The notes: generated by a model not told the origin, from the sequence alone. A DNA stretch of 64,000 nt from Vitreoscilla massiliensis (GCF_001457815.1 NZ_LN898221.1:778033-842032), one strand, 5' to 3'. Shown: positions 21,207 to 33,078, counted from the first letter of the stretch. Made by a program: numbers and translations.

Positions 21207-23666
21207 ATGACAAAAAGAAAAAATAATTTACGCGCCCAAGATCCGTTTCTTGCGCGTGAACAAGAAAAATACAGCGATCCACTCCCCAGTCGTGAGTGGG
21301 TGATTGAATTATTAGAGAAAAAAGGCGTGCCGGTGAGCACGGAAGAATTGGCCACGGTGTTGTCAATTCGTGAAGATGAGATGGAATTTTTTCGCCGTCG
21401 CTTGGGTGCGATGGTCAGAGATGGTCAGGTTCACATCAACCGCCGTGGTTTGGTGTGTGTGGCGGAGAAGCTGGCTTTGGTCAAATGCCGCATTGAAGCG
21501 CACAGCGATGGCTTTGGTTTTGCAGTGCCGGTAGAAAAAAAAGAAGGCGATACCGATTTGGTATTGTATGAACGCCAAATGCGCGGCCTGATGCATGGCG
21601 ATGTGGTGACGGTGCGGCCTGTAGGCGTGGACAGACGCGGTCGCCGTGAGGGGCAAGTGCTGGACATCATCGAACGAGCCAATACCTCGGTGGTGGCGCG
21701 TTTGGCCAAAGAAGGCGACATCGCCGTGGCCATACCGGAAGACAAACGCATCTCGCAAAGCATCGTCTTGGATGCCAAAAGCATTGGGGATGCCAAAGAT
21801 GGTCAAGTCATCAATGTGGCATTAACGCGCTATCCTGAAAAAAATCTGCCTGCCACTGGTAAAGTGATCGAAGTCTTGGGCGACTATGCCTACAGCGGCA
21901 TGGAAATCGAGATTGCGGTGCGCAAACACCATTTGCCGCACAAATTCTCACCTGCTTGTTTGAAAGCAGCCGGTAAAATCCCGGATAAGGTCAAACCTGC
22001 TGAGCGCAAAGGCCGCGTTGATTTGCGCGACTTGCCTTTGGTCACCATAGACGGCGAAACCGCGCGCGACTTTGACGATGCGGTATATGCCGAGAAAATC
22101 GGTCGCAATTACCGTTTGGTGGTGGCGATTGCTGACGTTAGCCACTATGTCAAAGATGGCGATGGCATCGACATCGATGCACGCGAACGCGGCACCAGCG
22201 TGTATTTCCCGCGCCGTGTCATTCCGATGTTGCCAGAAAACCTGTCCAATGGCATTTGTTCGCTTAATCCGGATGTGGAGCGTTTGTGCATGGTGTGTGA
22301 CATGGTCATCACCAATATGGGCAATGTGAAATCGTATGAGTTTTACCCTGCGGTAATGCGTTCGCATGCGCGCTTGACCTACACCCAAGTGTGGCAATGG
22401 ATAGAATCAGGTGAGCAACACGATTTGAAACCGCAAATCGACACCTTGTACCAGTTGTACCAAAAGCTGTTTAAAAAACGCCAACAACGCGGCGCGATGG
22501 AATTCGATACCGTCGAAACGCAAATGGTGTTCAACGACAATGGCAAAATCGACCGCATCGTCCCTGTGGTACGCAATGAAGCCCACCGCTTGATTGAGGA
22601 ATGCATGCTGGCGGCCAACGTGTGTGCGGCGGAATTCTTGCTCAAGAGCAAACACCCATCGCTGTACCGCAATCACAAAGGCCCAACGCCTGAGAAATTG
22701 GAAACCTTGCGCACGCAACTGGCCTTGTTTGGTTTGGTATTGGGCGGTGGTGACAACCCCACTCCGAAAGACTATGCCACGCTGGCCGAACAGTTTACAG
22801 GCCGCCCTGACAAGGAATTGTTGCAAGTGATGTTGCTGCGCTCGATGCAGCAAGCGATGTACGAAGCGAAGAACGATGGTCACTTTGGCTTGGCCTACCA
22901 AGCCTATACCCATTTCACTTCGCCAATACGCCGGTATCCCGACTTAACCGTACACCGCGCCATCAAAGCGGTGCTGTTGGGTGAAAAATACCAAGTCGAT
23001 TCATGGCCGGGCTTGGGCACGCACACTTCTTACACCGAACGCCGTGCCGACGAGGCCAGCAAAGGGGTGGAAAATTGGCTCAAGACGTATTACATGCAAG
23101 ACAAAGTTGGCGAAGTGTACGAAGGCCGCATTTCTGGCCTCACCAATTTTGGTTTGTTCGTGACCTTAAACGATTTGTACATCGACGGTTTGGTGCACAT
23201 CAGTGATTTGGGCGAAGACTATTTCAACTACCGCCCTGAAATCATGGCCATAGAAGGCGAACGCAGCGGCGTGGTCTTCAAAATGGGCGATGCGGTGGTG
23301 GTGAAAGTGGCCAGCGCCAATTTAGATACTGGCAAGATAGACTTAAGCTTGGTGTCTGGCGGTGGCAAATCGGCCAAAGGCGAACGCAAAACCCGCAGCG
23401 ACAACCGCAGCAAGAACAACAAAACCAGCGCCACGGATGAATCCAGCGCCAGCAGCAAGCGCCGCAAAACCAGTCGTGCGGCCGCGAACCAAGTAGCGCA
23501 ATCGCGCCCACCCAAATCGCGCAAAGCCCGCCGCAGCGCCCAAGGGGTCAGCGCCAGCAGCAACAGCGCCAGTGGTGCGGAGAAAACCACCACCAGCAAA
23601 GCAGCCAAGCGCAACAGCCGCAAAAAGCCCAGCAAACCCAATCGCAATGGCGGCAAAAAAAGCTGA
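21207..23666 (+). CDS. rnr: Ribonuclease R with Lys/Ser-rich C-terminal tail
   Basis: RNB catalytic domain and S1 domain motifs. About 820 aa. Confidence 0.9.
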   Translation: MTKRKNNLRAQDPFLAREQEKYSDPLPSREWVIELLEKKGVPVSTEELATVLSIREDEMEFFRRRLGAMVRDGQVHINRRGLVCVAEKLALVKCRIEAHSDGFGFAVPVEKKEGDTDLVLYERQMRGLMHGDVVTVRPVGVDRRGRREGQVLDIIERANTSVVARLAKEGDIAVAIPEDKRISQSIVLDAKSIGDAKDGQVINVALTRYPEKNLPATGKVIEVLGDYAYSGMEIEIAVRKHHLPHKFSPACLKAAGKIPDKVKPAERKGRVDLRDLPLVTIDGETARDFDDAVYAEKIGRNYRLVVAIADVSHYVKDGDGIDIDARERGTSVYFPRRVIPMLPENLSNGICSLNPDVERLCMVCDMVITNMGNVKSYEFYPAVMRSHARLTYTQVWQWIESGEQHDLKPQIDTLYQLYQKLFKKRQQRGAMEFDTVETQMVFNDNGKIDRIVPVVRNEAHRLIEECMLAANVCAAEFLLKSKHPSLYRNHKGPTPEKLETLRTQLALFGLVLGGGDNPTPKDYATLAEQFTGRPDKELLQVMLLRSMQQAMYEAKNDGHFGLAYQAYTHFTSPIRRYPDLTVHRAIKAVLLGEKYQVDSWPGLGTHTSYTERRADEASKGVENWLKTYYMQDKVGEVYEGRISGLTNFGLFVTLNDLYIDGLVHISDLGEDYFNYRPEIMAIEGERSGVVFKMGDAVVVKVASANLDTGKIDLSLVSGGGKSAKGERKTRSDNRSKNNKTSATDESSASSKRRKTSRAAANQVAQSRPPKSRKARRSAQGVSASSNSASGAEKTTTSKAAKRNSRKKPSKPNRNGGKKS

Positions 23667-23705
23667 TGGGTATTAAACCTTAGCTGATTGTATTCACACG
23701 CATAG

Positions 23706-23748
23706 CAAGCGGCCTGTAAAAGTTTACAGGCCGCTTTTTTATGGCTTT
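23706..23748. terminator. Inverted uptake-motif pair plus T-run (CAAGCGGCCTGTAAAAGTTTACAGGCCGCTTTTTT)
   Basis: Immediately after the rnr stop. Confidence 0.7.
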
Positions 23749-23942
23749 TACAGCAGCAAGCATTAAATAACCAATGGCAATAATATCAAATTAGAATAAA
23801 ACTTGAGATTATATCCATTGTAAAGTACAATGCCTAAAGTTGAATTTCGATAGGAAATTCAAGTGATTAATAGTGATTATTTTTAAATGTTTTTTTAATG
23901 TAGGTACAAAGCATTTAAAAATGGTCGATTGCTTGGTAGGTA

Positions 23943-24326
23943 ATGACGAGAGTAATGGATAAGACCACTATCAGGGTTTCGTTTCTCAGCTTAACGCTGC
24001 CAAACGAAGCCTTGCTCAAAGACAAAATCACTGCGGTAAGCCAATCCATGTCTGTGGATGTGCGTTTCAGCCGTGGCCTTGCTGCTGATTTGTTGTTTCT
24101 GCCAGTTTCCTCCCCTTTTGCGCATGTCTTGCTGCAACAGCCCAAAGATGCCAACACGCCCATGCTGTTTTTCATCAGCGATGAGCAGCAAGGCGGTCAT
24201 ATGGGGCATCCTTGCATCAGTTCCTTGCATCAGTTTGGACATCAGCACCGACAATATGCAGCAATTGTTATCCAGCTATTTGAAGCTAGAACAAGCGCCG
24301 CAAAGCAAACCAGTGACAGCAAGTGA
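23943..24326 (+). CDS. Hypothetical protein. N-terminal part of a probably frameshifted gene that continues in the +1 frame as 24058..24960
   Basis: Protein-like ORF that overlaps the next ORF in a different frame. An AT-rich promoter region lies upstream. Confidence 0.35.
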   Translation: MTRVMDKTTIRVSFLSLTLPNEALLKDKITAVSQSMSVDVRFSRGLAADLLFLPVSSPFAHVLLQQPKDANTPMLFFISDEQQGGHMGHPCISSLHQFGHQHRQYAAIVIQLFEARTSAAKQTSDSK

Positions 24327-24960
24327 AATACCGTTCGCCAATCTGACTGAGCTGGCGCAATTGCTGTTGCAACCGGTATTGAAAGACGGCTTGTTTGCGC
24401 TGAAAACGCCATTACAAAATCTGATTTTGAATTTCCCTGCCGATTTGTTTCATGTCTCTGCTGCCGATAAAAGCCAGTATAACGACAGCAACAAAACGCT
24501 GTTGTCCTTAATCGACAAACTCAAATTGGGCGGCACGGTGTTGGCCATCAAAACCGATGCCAGCAAACAATTGGAACGCAGTTTTACCCCACATTTTTTG
24601 GACAGATTGTTGTGGCTGATAGGCCAGCAACTTCGCCATCAATTATTGGTACCTGTGGCCGACAACAGCCAATTTTTCATCACCCATTATCCCGACTTTG
24701 GTCAGCTGAAAACCGATCATATCTACCTGCGTTTGTGCACCTTAATGGCACAACAAGCCATCAGCATTCAAGAAATGAAAAAGAAATTTCATTTGTCGCA
24801 TGAGCAATGCATGGGGTTTTTGAACAGCTGCTTGCTCAATGATTGCTTGGTGCACACCGGTTTGGACAGTGACCTTAAGCCGCCTCCAACCACGCAGATT
24901 ACCTCCACATTAAGCTTATCTGAAATACAAGGATGTCGCATAGACTTGGGCATCAAGTAA
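24058..24960 (+). CDS. Hypothetical protein. The first roughly 60 codons look non-coding, and the plausible body starts near 24250. First gene of the GTPase/Roadblock module
   Basis: Lower GC than its neighbours. 23 bp gap to the GTPase gene. Confidence 0.45.
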   Translation: MCVSAVALLLICCFCQFPPLLRMSCCNSPKMPTRPCCFSSAMSSKAVIWGILASVPCISLDISTDNMQQLLSSYLKLEQAPQSKPVTASEIPFANLTELAQLLLQPVLKDGLFALKTPLQNLILNFPADLFHVSAADKSQYNDSNKTLLSLIDKLKLGGTVLAIKTDASKQLERSFTPHFLDRLLWLIGQQLRHQLLVPVADNSQFFITHYPDFGQLKTDHIYLRLCTLMAQQAISIQEMKKKFHLSHEQCMGFLNSCLLNDCLVHTGLDSDLKPPPTTQITSTLSLSEIQGCRIDLGIK

Positions 24961-24982
24961 ACACACACTGAAAGTATGAGGC

Positions 24983-25561
24983 ATGTTAAAGAAATTCAAA
25001 GTGCTTTTTGCAGGTGATGTGGGTACGGGCAAGACCACCGCCATCAATAGCATCAGCGATATTCCTACGGTGTATACCGATGTGAGGGCTTCCGACATAG
25101 AAGACATAGGCAAGACCCATACCACCGTGGCGTTTGATTATGGGGAAATCCATTTGGCTTATCTGAACAACCGCTTGCGTTTGTATGGTTTGCCTGGGCA
25201 AGTGAGGTTTTCCTTTATTTGGGACATGTTGTCCGATGGCGTCATCGGCATCGTGTTATTGGCCAACAACCACCGTGACAATGCTTTGCATGAAACCGAA
25301 CAGTTTTTGCAAGCGTTCTTGCCCATATTACAAAAAGAACAGGTGGCGATGGTATTGGGCCTGACCCACGGAGACGTCAGTGCCCATTACAAGTCCAAAG
25401 ATTATTGGAAAATCTTACAAAAATTTCACATCAACGCGCCTATTTTGAGCATAGATGCGCGTGAAAAAAACGATGTATTGCTTTTACTGGAGGCCTTATT
25501 CAGCCAAATCGAAGCAACACACCGTCAAACCTTGCATGAATCAAAGCATTCATGCACTTAA
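24983..25561 (+). CDS. Ras-superfamily small GTPase (MglA-like)
   Basis: 192 aa. G1 P-loop GDVGTGKTT, switch-I threonine, G3-like LPGQ. Size and layout of prokaryotic Ras-like GTPases. Confidence 0.75.
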   Translation: MLKKFKVLFAGDVGTGKTTAINSISDIPTVYTDVRASDIEDIGKTHTTVAFDYGEIHLAYLNNRLRLYGLPGQVRFSFIWDMLSDGVIGIVLLANNHRDNALHETEQFLQAFLPILQKEQVAMVLGLTHGDVSAHYKSKDYWKILQKFHINAPILSIDAREKNDVLLLLEALFSQIEATHRQTLHESKHSCT

Positions 25562-25581
25562 CCCTCCTTAAGGAAACAATT

Positions 25582-25941
25582 ATGGCAAACGCTAAAGAGA
25601 TATTAAACGACATCATGACTTTGGACGGCGCACTGTGTTGCAGCATCGTCGACAGCAAAAGCGGCATGATGTTGGAATCAGCAGGCACAGGTTTGAATTT
25701 GGAAATGGCTTCAGCCGGCAACACCGAAGTGGTGCGTTCTAAATTGAAAACCATGGAAATTTTGGGTTTGGACGATTACATCACCGATATTTTGATTACC
25801 TTGGGCAAGCAATACCACATCATTTACCTGATTCCTGCGGTCAAAGGGGCATTTGTGTACGCGGTATTGGACATCAACAAGGCCAACTTGGCGATGGCAC
25901 GTCGTAAAATCCAAGATGTGGGTGCTACCTTAAAAATCTAA
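25582..25941 (+). CDS. Roadblock/LC7-domain protein (MglB-like)
   Basis: 119 aa with a Roadblock-like profile (LDGALCCSIVDSKSGMMLES...YHIIYLIPAVKGAFVYAVLD). Overlaps the GTPase gene's stop. Confidence 0.7.
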   Translation: MANAKEILNDIMTLDGALCCSIVDSKSGMMLESAGTGLNLEMASAGNTEVVRSKLKTMEILGLDDYITDILITLGKQYHIIYLIPAVKGAFVYAVLDINKANLAMARRKIQDVGATLKI

Positions 25942-26198
25942 CACCAATCAGACAGGGATTACTAACATCATCCCCTTAATGGAAGAGGATTACGTTAACA
26001 ATTCTAAACTTGGGTCGTGAAAACCATTCATGGCCACGAAATCCATTCCCAGCCAGCTGTACCGATTACCCCTCATCTTATCGGTGCCGCTGGCTTTTTC
26101 TGCTTGCCCATCTGCCGTCCTTACCCTGATTCATCCACCCTCTTCCTGCCTGAGCAACTGGACAAAAGCCGCGCCAGCCCCTACACTGCCACCTGTCG

Positions 26199-28210
<2,012 letters not shown>

Positions 28211-28216
28211 GCAAGT

Positions 28217-28293
28217 AAGCGGACTGTAAACCAAGCTGCACACACACCCCAAAACCACGGCCACACTGCCGTGGTTTTTCGTTTACAGGCCGC
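28217..28293. terminator. Compound terminator. A conventional hairpin plus T-run (AAAACCACGGCC...GCCGTGGTTTTT) nested between an inverted pair of uptake-like motifs (one copy variant, AAGCGGACTGTAAAC)
   Basis: Read directly between thiC (+) and the yeiH-like gene (-). Confidence 0.6.
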
Positions 28294-28394
28294 ATGTGTC
28301 TTTTGAAAATAAAACTTCCAACAAATCTACAAAACAAGCAAGTCACCAAACAAGTTTGATGGCTTTCAATCCAGTCGAGCAGAGGACATCTCGC

Positions 28395-29441
28395 TTAATA
28401 ATATGGGTTTAATAAATACACACTGAGGCTGGACAAGCTCAACAACAACACAAACAACACCGTCGCCAACAACATCGGTTTGATGCCAGCTTTACGGATG
28501 ACGCTGATTTGGGTGGTAAAACCCAAGGCCACCATCGCCGTACACAACAGCAACACATCCAAAGCTTGCAAACCATGCAGCAGCGCCGCCGGCAACAGGT
28601 GTAAAGAGTTCAAACCCGCGACCGCGATAAAGCCAAACGCAAACCATGGAATGGTGATACCAGTTTTGCTGCTCGCGGCCTGTTGGTTTGTGCTGGGCAG
28701 AAAACGGGCAAACACCCACATCACCAGCATCAAAAACGGCGCCAACATCATCACCCGCACCATTTTCACAATCACCGCCATTTGCGCAGTGTGCGGGTCT
28801 ATCGCCTTGCCTATCGCCACCACTTGCGCCACTTCGTGCACCGAAGAACCGATGAACAAGCCTTGCAAGACCGGTTGGCCGTCTATCCAGCTCTGCGCTA
28901 CCATTTGTTGCAGCAATACTGGGTATAAGAAAATGCTGAGCGTACCAAACACCACCACCGTGGCCACGGCCACGGCAATGTGCTCGCTTTTGGCCTTAAT
29001 CACCGGCGCAGTGGCCAAGACCGCCGCCGCACCGCACACCGCACTGCCAGCGCCGATTAAGGCCGCTTCATTGGTGTCCAGTTTGAACACACGGGTGCCC
29101 AACAGCAAACCGGTGAAAAACACCGTCAAAATCACCACCACATCGGTGGCCACGCCGGCCCAGCCTATGCTGAACACGTCTTGGAAGGTAATGTTAAAAC
29201 CATACAGTATGATGCCCCAGCGCAAAGCATGGTGTTTGGCCGAGGCAATGCCGGTGTCCAAACGCTGTTGCACGCGTGTGCTGGTGACATTGCCCAACAC
29301 GATGCCGACCACGATTGCCAAAATCAGCGCACTCACACCATGGCTTTGCAGCCACGACCATTGACTCGCCCACAAGCAAGCCACAGCGATGGCCACCATC
29401 GCTGTCCAACCTAAAATCATTTTTTTATCAAAATATGCCAT
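28395..29441 (-). CDS. YeiH/UPF0324-family putative sulfate-exporter-type membrane protein
   Basis: 348 aa polytopic membrane protein, divergent from a LysR regulator as in E. coli yeiE-yeiH. Confidence 0.7.
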   Translation of the reverse strand: MAYFDKKMILGWTAMVAIAVACLWASQWSWLQSHGVSALILAIVVGIVLGNVTSTRVQQRLDTGIASAKHHALRWGIILYGFNITFQDVFSIGWAGVATDVVVILTVFFTGLLLGTRVFKLDTNEAALIGAGSAVCGAAAVLATAPVIKAKSEHIAVAVATVVVFGTLSIFLYPVLLQQMVAQSWIDGQPVLQGLFIGSSVHEVAQVVAIGKAIDPHTAQMAVIVKMVRVMMLAPFLMLVMWVFARFLPSTNQQAASSKTGITIPWFAFGFIAVAGLNSLHLLPAALLHGLQALDVLLLCTAMVALGFTTQISVIRKAGIKPMLLATVLFVLLLSLSSLSVYLLNPYY

Positions 29442-29529
29442 TTTTCAACACTCTTTTCATCGTGTTGACAGTGTAGATGAAGATAATTAAGTGATAAAAC
29501 GAATTTATATGGTTATATTAACCGTATTT

Positions 29530-30453
29530 TTAGGTAGATTTTACGCAGTCCAAACTGTGTAACACATTGAGTAAGGTTTGATTGAGGTGTTTGTTTTGGT
29601 GGCAAATCCACGAACACATGCGGGTAGTGACTGGAAAGACGTGTTCCAACACCATTAAGCGGCCTGTAAGCAATTCTTCTTCCACCACCCAGCGCGACAA
29701 ACAGGCCAAGCCCAAACCCAAGATGGCGCAGCGTTTGATGGCTTCGGAGCTGCTCAATTCCAAAGCATTGGCATATTGCCCCAATACCGGCAACAGCATT
29801 TGGTCGGCAATGACTCGTGTGCCTGAGCCTTGTTCTCGCAACAACCAAGTAGCGGCCTGTAACTGAGTCACATCGACTGTTTCAGGGTGTTGCAACTGTG
29901 TCGCCAGCGCATGCGTCGGCGCCAACACCACCACCATTTCATCGCTGCGCCATGGGTGCACTTGCAGCATAGGGTCCAAACACGGCCCTTCGATTAAGCC
30001 TATGTCCAATTCAAATTGCGCCACTTGTTGGCAGATGTCGGCGGTATTGAGGATGCGCACCTCGGTATTCCACAGCGGGGTGATGGCCACGTTTGCAGCC
30101 AAACGCTGCAGTAATTTCGGCAACACATAATTGCCTATGGTGGTGGTGCTGCCCAAACGCACACTGTGCAAGACCTTATTGTCGTCGTCCAATGCCGTTT
30201 CCAATTGCTCAGCCAAATCCAATAAAGGCCGCGCGTGTTGCAACAGCAAGCGCCCGCTTTCATTTAGCACCAAGCGTTTGCCGACACGATCGAACAATTG
30301 CGTGTCCATCAAACGCTCTAATTCATTTAAGGCCGCACTCACTGCCGATTGCGACAAAGCAATGACTGTGCTCGCCGCCGTGGTGGAACCTTGCTCGGCA
30401 ATGGCGACAAAAATGTGCAATTGTCTTAAGGTAAGCTTGGGCAATTTCATCAC
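29530..30453 (-). CDS. LysR-family transcriptional regulator (YeiE-like)
   Basis: N-terminal HTH (LRQLHIFVAIAEQGSTTAAS), LysR substrate-binding domain. Confidence 0.8.
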   Translation of the reverse strand: MMKLPKLTLRQLHIFVAIAEQGSTTAASTVIALSQSAVSAALNELERLMDTQLFDRVGKRLVLNESGRLLLQHARPLLDLAEQLETALDDDNKVLHSVRLGSTTTIGNYVLPKLLQRLAANVAITPLWNTEVRILNTADICQQVAQFELDIGLIEGPCLDPMLQVHPWRSDEMVVVLAPTHALATQLQHPETVDVTQLQAATWLLREQGSGTRVIADQMLLPVLGQYANALELSSSEAIKRCAILGLGLACLSRWVVEEELLTGRLMVLEHVFPVTTRMCSWICHQNKHLNQTLLNVLHSLDCVKST

Positions 30454-30889
30454 GGTGACAACCTTTTGGACAGGATTAAGAAGACGTTTAAACTACACAT
30501 TTTTGCACAGTCGCATCCTGACCGCGCGCAAAACATCTGCAGCGGTGACTGTATAAGCGGCGTCATGACACCCATTGTGCTCTTTGACGCGGCAAAGATG
30601 TTGCATCATAAATGGGCAAAACCACCAAAATATTAGACCTTAACCCTAAAGTTCCAGCTCAAGGATAAAATTATCCTATTAGCATAATAATTCAAAGCAA
30701 TTAATACTGAAATCAAGAATTTATCATCTATTGATAAAGCCCTTTAAAATCATCCGATTACCCCATATCTCTAATTGATAAGGATTTAGTGTACAAATAC
30801 ATATATTTATTACACATTTTAAATAAATCAATTTTCATTCTGTCACAATAGAAACTATGATGTGTTCACATTAAAAATCAATAAAAAGA

Positions 30890-31129
30890 ATGATTATGAG
30901 AAATCTGAGGCTACTACAGGGAAAACGGCCGGGTTTGAGTACCCCCGAACGCATCATTGCCATGCTGAGGCAATTAGACCATTGCAACAAAACCACTTGC
31001 TTAGAATTGATCATGCAATTGGACATCACCAAACAAATCATCTTCTTAAACAGCTATCTGAACGCACTGGAAGCCTTGCCAGATGAGATGACGGCCGTAA
31101 GTTTTGCCGAGCAGGCCCAAACCAACTGA
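30890..31129 (+). CDS. Small hypothetical protein (79 aa) in an AT-rich islet
   Basis: Protein-like composition. A weak hairpin plus T-run follows the stop. No family recognised. Confidence 0.35.
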   Translation: MIMRNLRLLQGKRPGLSTPERIIAMLRQLDHCNKTTCLELIMQLDITKQIIFLNSYLNALEALPDEMTAVSFAEQAQTN

Positions 31130-31214
31130 ATCAGCGCCAGCTTACCTCACCAGCGCTTTTTGCTGCATTTCACACCAAACAAAACTCAAACCACCCGCAC
31201 ACACACGAGGGGTG

Positions 31215-32786
31215 TTATTGATTTTTGTTTGGGGTTTGGATATTGATTAAGCCATTCAAGATCCCATCCAAGCCACCAAACACCGAAATTTTGTCGATTT
31301 TCTCAGTGACTTTTTCCAAGGTTTCCAATTCTTTCAAACGCAAAGCGGTCGGATTTTCTTCCATCACCCGGGCAGTATTGAGCAGCGAACGCGTGGCAGC
31401 GGTTTCTTCGCGCCGACGGATGTTATTGGCCTGTGCTGATTTTTCCGCTTCCACCACTTTGGTTAAAATTTGGCGGATTTCGCCCGGCAAGATGATGTCT
31501 TTCATGCCCATGCTGTCTATGGCGATGCCGAGGATATTTTGTTGCAACACATGTGCCATCAAGGCCTCGTCTACCGCTTGTTTGTCCGCCAACAATTCGT
31601 CTATGCTGCGACTGCCCACCACGGCACGTACCGCAAATTGCAATTCACGATACAGGTAATCGCTGGCCTTGGCATACAGTTGCGCCCAAGCACTGCTGTC
31701 GGTGACATGGTAATTGCACACCACATTGACGCGAATGGTGACTTTGTCGGCACTGAGCAATTCTTGTCCGCTCACTTCGACGGTTTGCACGCGCAAATCC
31801 ACCACTTGCCATGACTGGGTTTGGTGCAAATGCCAAAAATAATGGCTGCCCGCTTCCAAAATCTGCTCATGCTGATGGTCGGTATTGAACACGGCTTGGT
31901 GTTTGGCCGGCACCATCACCGTTTGTACCATGGCACTGAAATCCGCTCGCTGCTGAAAATTCACTGCCTGCAATTGCGCCAACACCGCTTCATTGATGCG
32001 GCCATCGGCAGGCAACGGTAAACGCTCTACCGTCATGTCCTCGTGCGCTTGGCGCCAAAAAAACGCTTGGGTATTGGGCTGTATGATGTGTTGCAGTTGC
32101 TGTTGGTAAGTACACAGCAACAATTCATCAGCAGCGGCCTGTAAGCATTCAAAATGCGCCGCAACGATGTCAGGGCTTGCGCTGGCCCAGCTTTGCAATT
32201 GTGGCGTGTCGGCATACAAACGCGGCTGGGTCAAGGCAAACAAAACCTTGACCGTGGCCTCATCCACATTCAACACATATTGCCCACGCGTGAGGATGCG
32301 CACCAAACTGCCTTGCTCAAGCACCAACAAGCGCTCATCGGCATTGACGGTATAGGCTTTCAAGGGTTTGGGCAAAGGCGCAGACAACAGCAATGTTTGT
32401 TGTAAAGACTCGTCCAACCAATGTTGTTGTTTGGGCACGATGTGCACATGAAGCTCACCTTGTTCAGGCCGCCAAAACGCGTGTGTTTGTCCACCTTGCA
32501 AGACTTGCAAAGGCTGATAACGGTGCCAGACCAAGGCAATGTGTCCGTCGGGTACGTCGACCACTTGCCAGAATTGCTCACACACATCGCGTTGGTAACG
32601 CAAGGCTTGCGCCAAACCCGACCACGACACTTGCAAATTCTCGGTACTGTCTTTAAAGGTTTTGAGCTGTTTGCCCAAGGTAGATAAGCGGTGTTCGCCA
32701 GCAGCCAAGACCGTCAATAAGCGATTATCGTCGGTCACGATAACCCGTTCACTCGGTGACACTTTGATTTTCAACTGCCAAAACAT
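31215..32786 (-). CDS. SPFH/band-7 (stomatin/HflK-C-like) domain protein with a long repetitive N-terminal extension
   Basis: C-terminal about 200 aa band-7-like (DKVTIRVNVVCNYHV...GMKDIILPGEIRQIL...). N-terminal about 330 aa with three or more repeats of a hydrophobic hairpin motif. Confidence 0.65.
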   Translation of the reverse strand: MFWQLKIKVSPSERVIVTDDNRLLTVLAAGEHRLSTLGKQLKTFKDSTENLQVSWSGLAQALRYQRDVCEQFWQVVDVPDGHIALVWHRYQPLQVLQGGQTHAFWRPEQGELHVHIVPKQQHWLDESLQQTLLLSAPLPKPLKAYTVNADERLLVLEQGSLVRILTRGQYVLNVDEATVKVLFALTQPRLYADTPQLQSWASASPDIVAAHFECLQAAADELLLCTYQQQLQHIIQPNTQAFFWRQAHEDMTVERLPLPADGRINEAVLAQLQAVNFQQRADFSAMVQTVMVPAKHQAVFNTDHQHEQILEAGSHYFWHLHQTQSWQVVDLRVQTVEVSGQELLSADKVTIRVNVVCNYHVTDSSAWAQLYAKASDYLYRELQFAVRAVVGSRSIDELLADKQAVDEALMAHVLQQNILGIAIDSMGMKDIILPGEIRQILTKVVEAEKSAQANNIRRREETAATRSLLNTARVMEENPTALRLKELETLEKVTEKIDKISVFGGLDGILNGLINIQTPNKNQ

Positions 32787-33078
32787 GCGCTTATCCTTTA
32801 AATGTGGGCGGCCTGAACCAAGTGTTTCCAAATCGGCTTGTGGTCAGACTGTGTGTGCAGCAGGAAGCAGCAAATACGGACGGTGCTGGGTTTCACATCT
32901 TGCCTAAACCAGCCACACCGCCAGTGTTTTGCTGCCCGCCACTGCACTTTGCAGTTAACAGACAAGACAACCCGTTTACAAACAGCCCAAACACTGCCGC
33001 TTGCAAATACACCAGGCCCAGACCGCGGGGTATTACACGATACTGCTATGAGACTGCCATAGGGGGAGTTGCCTCCCA

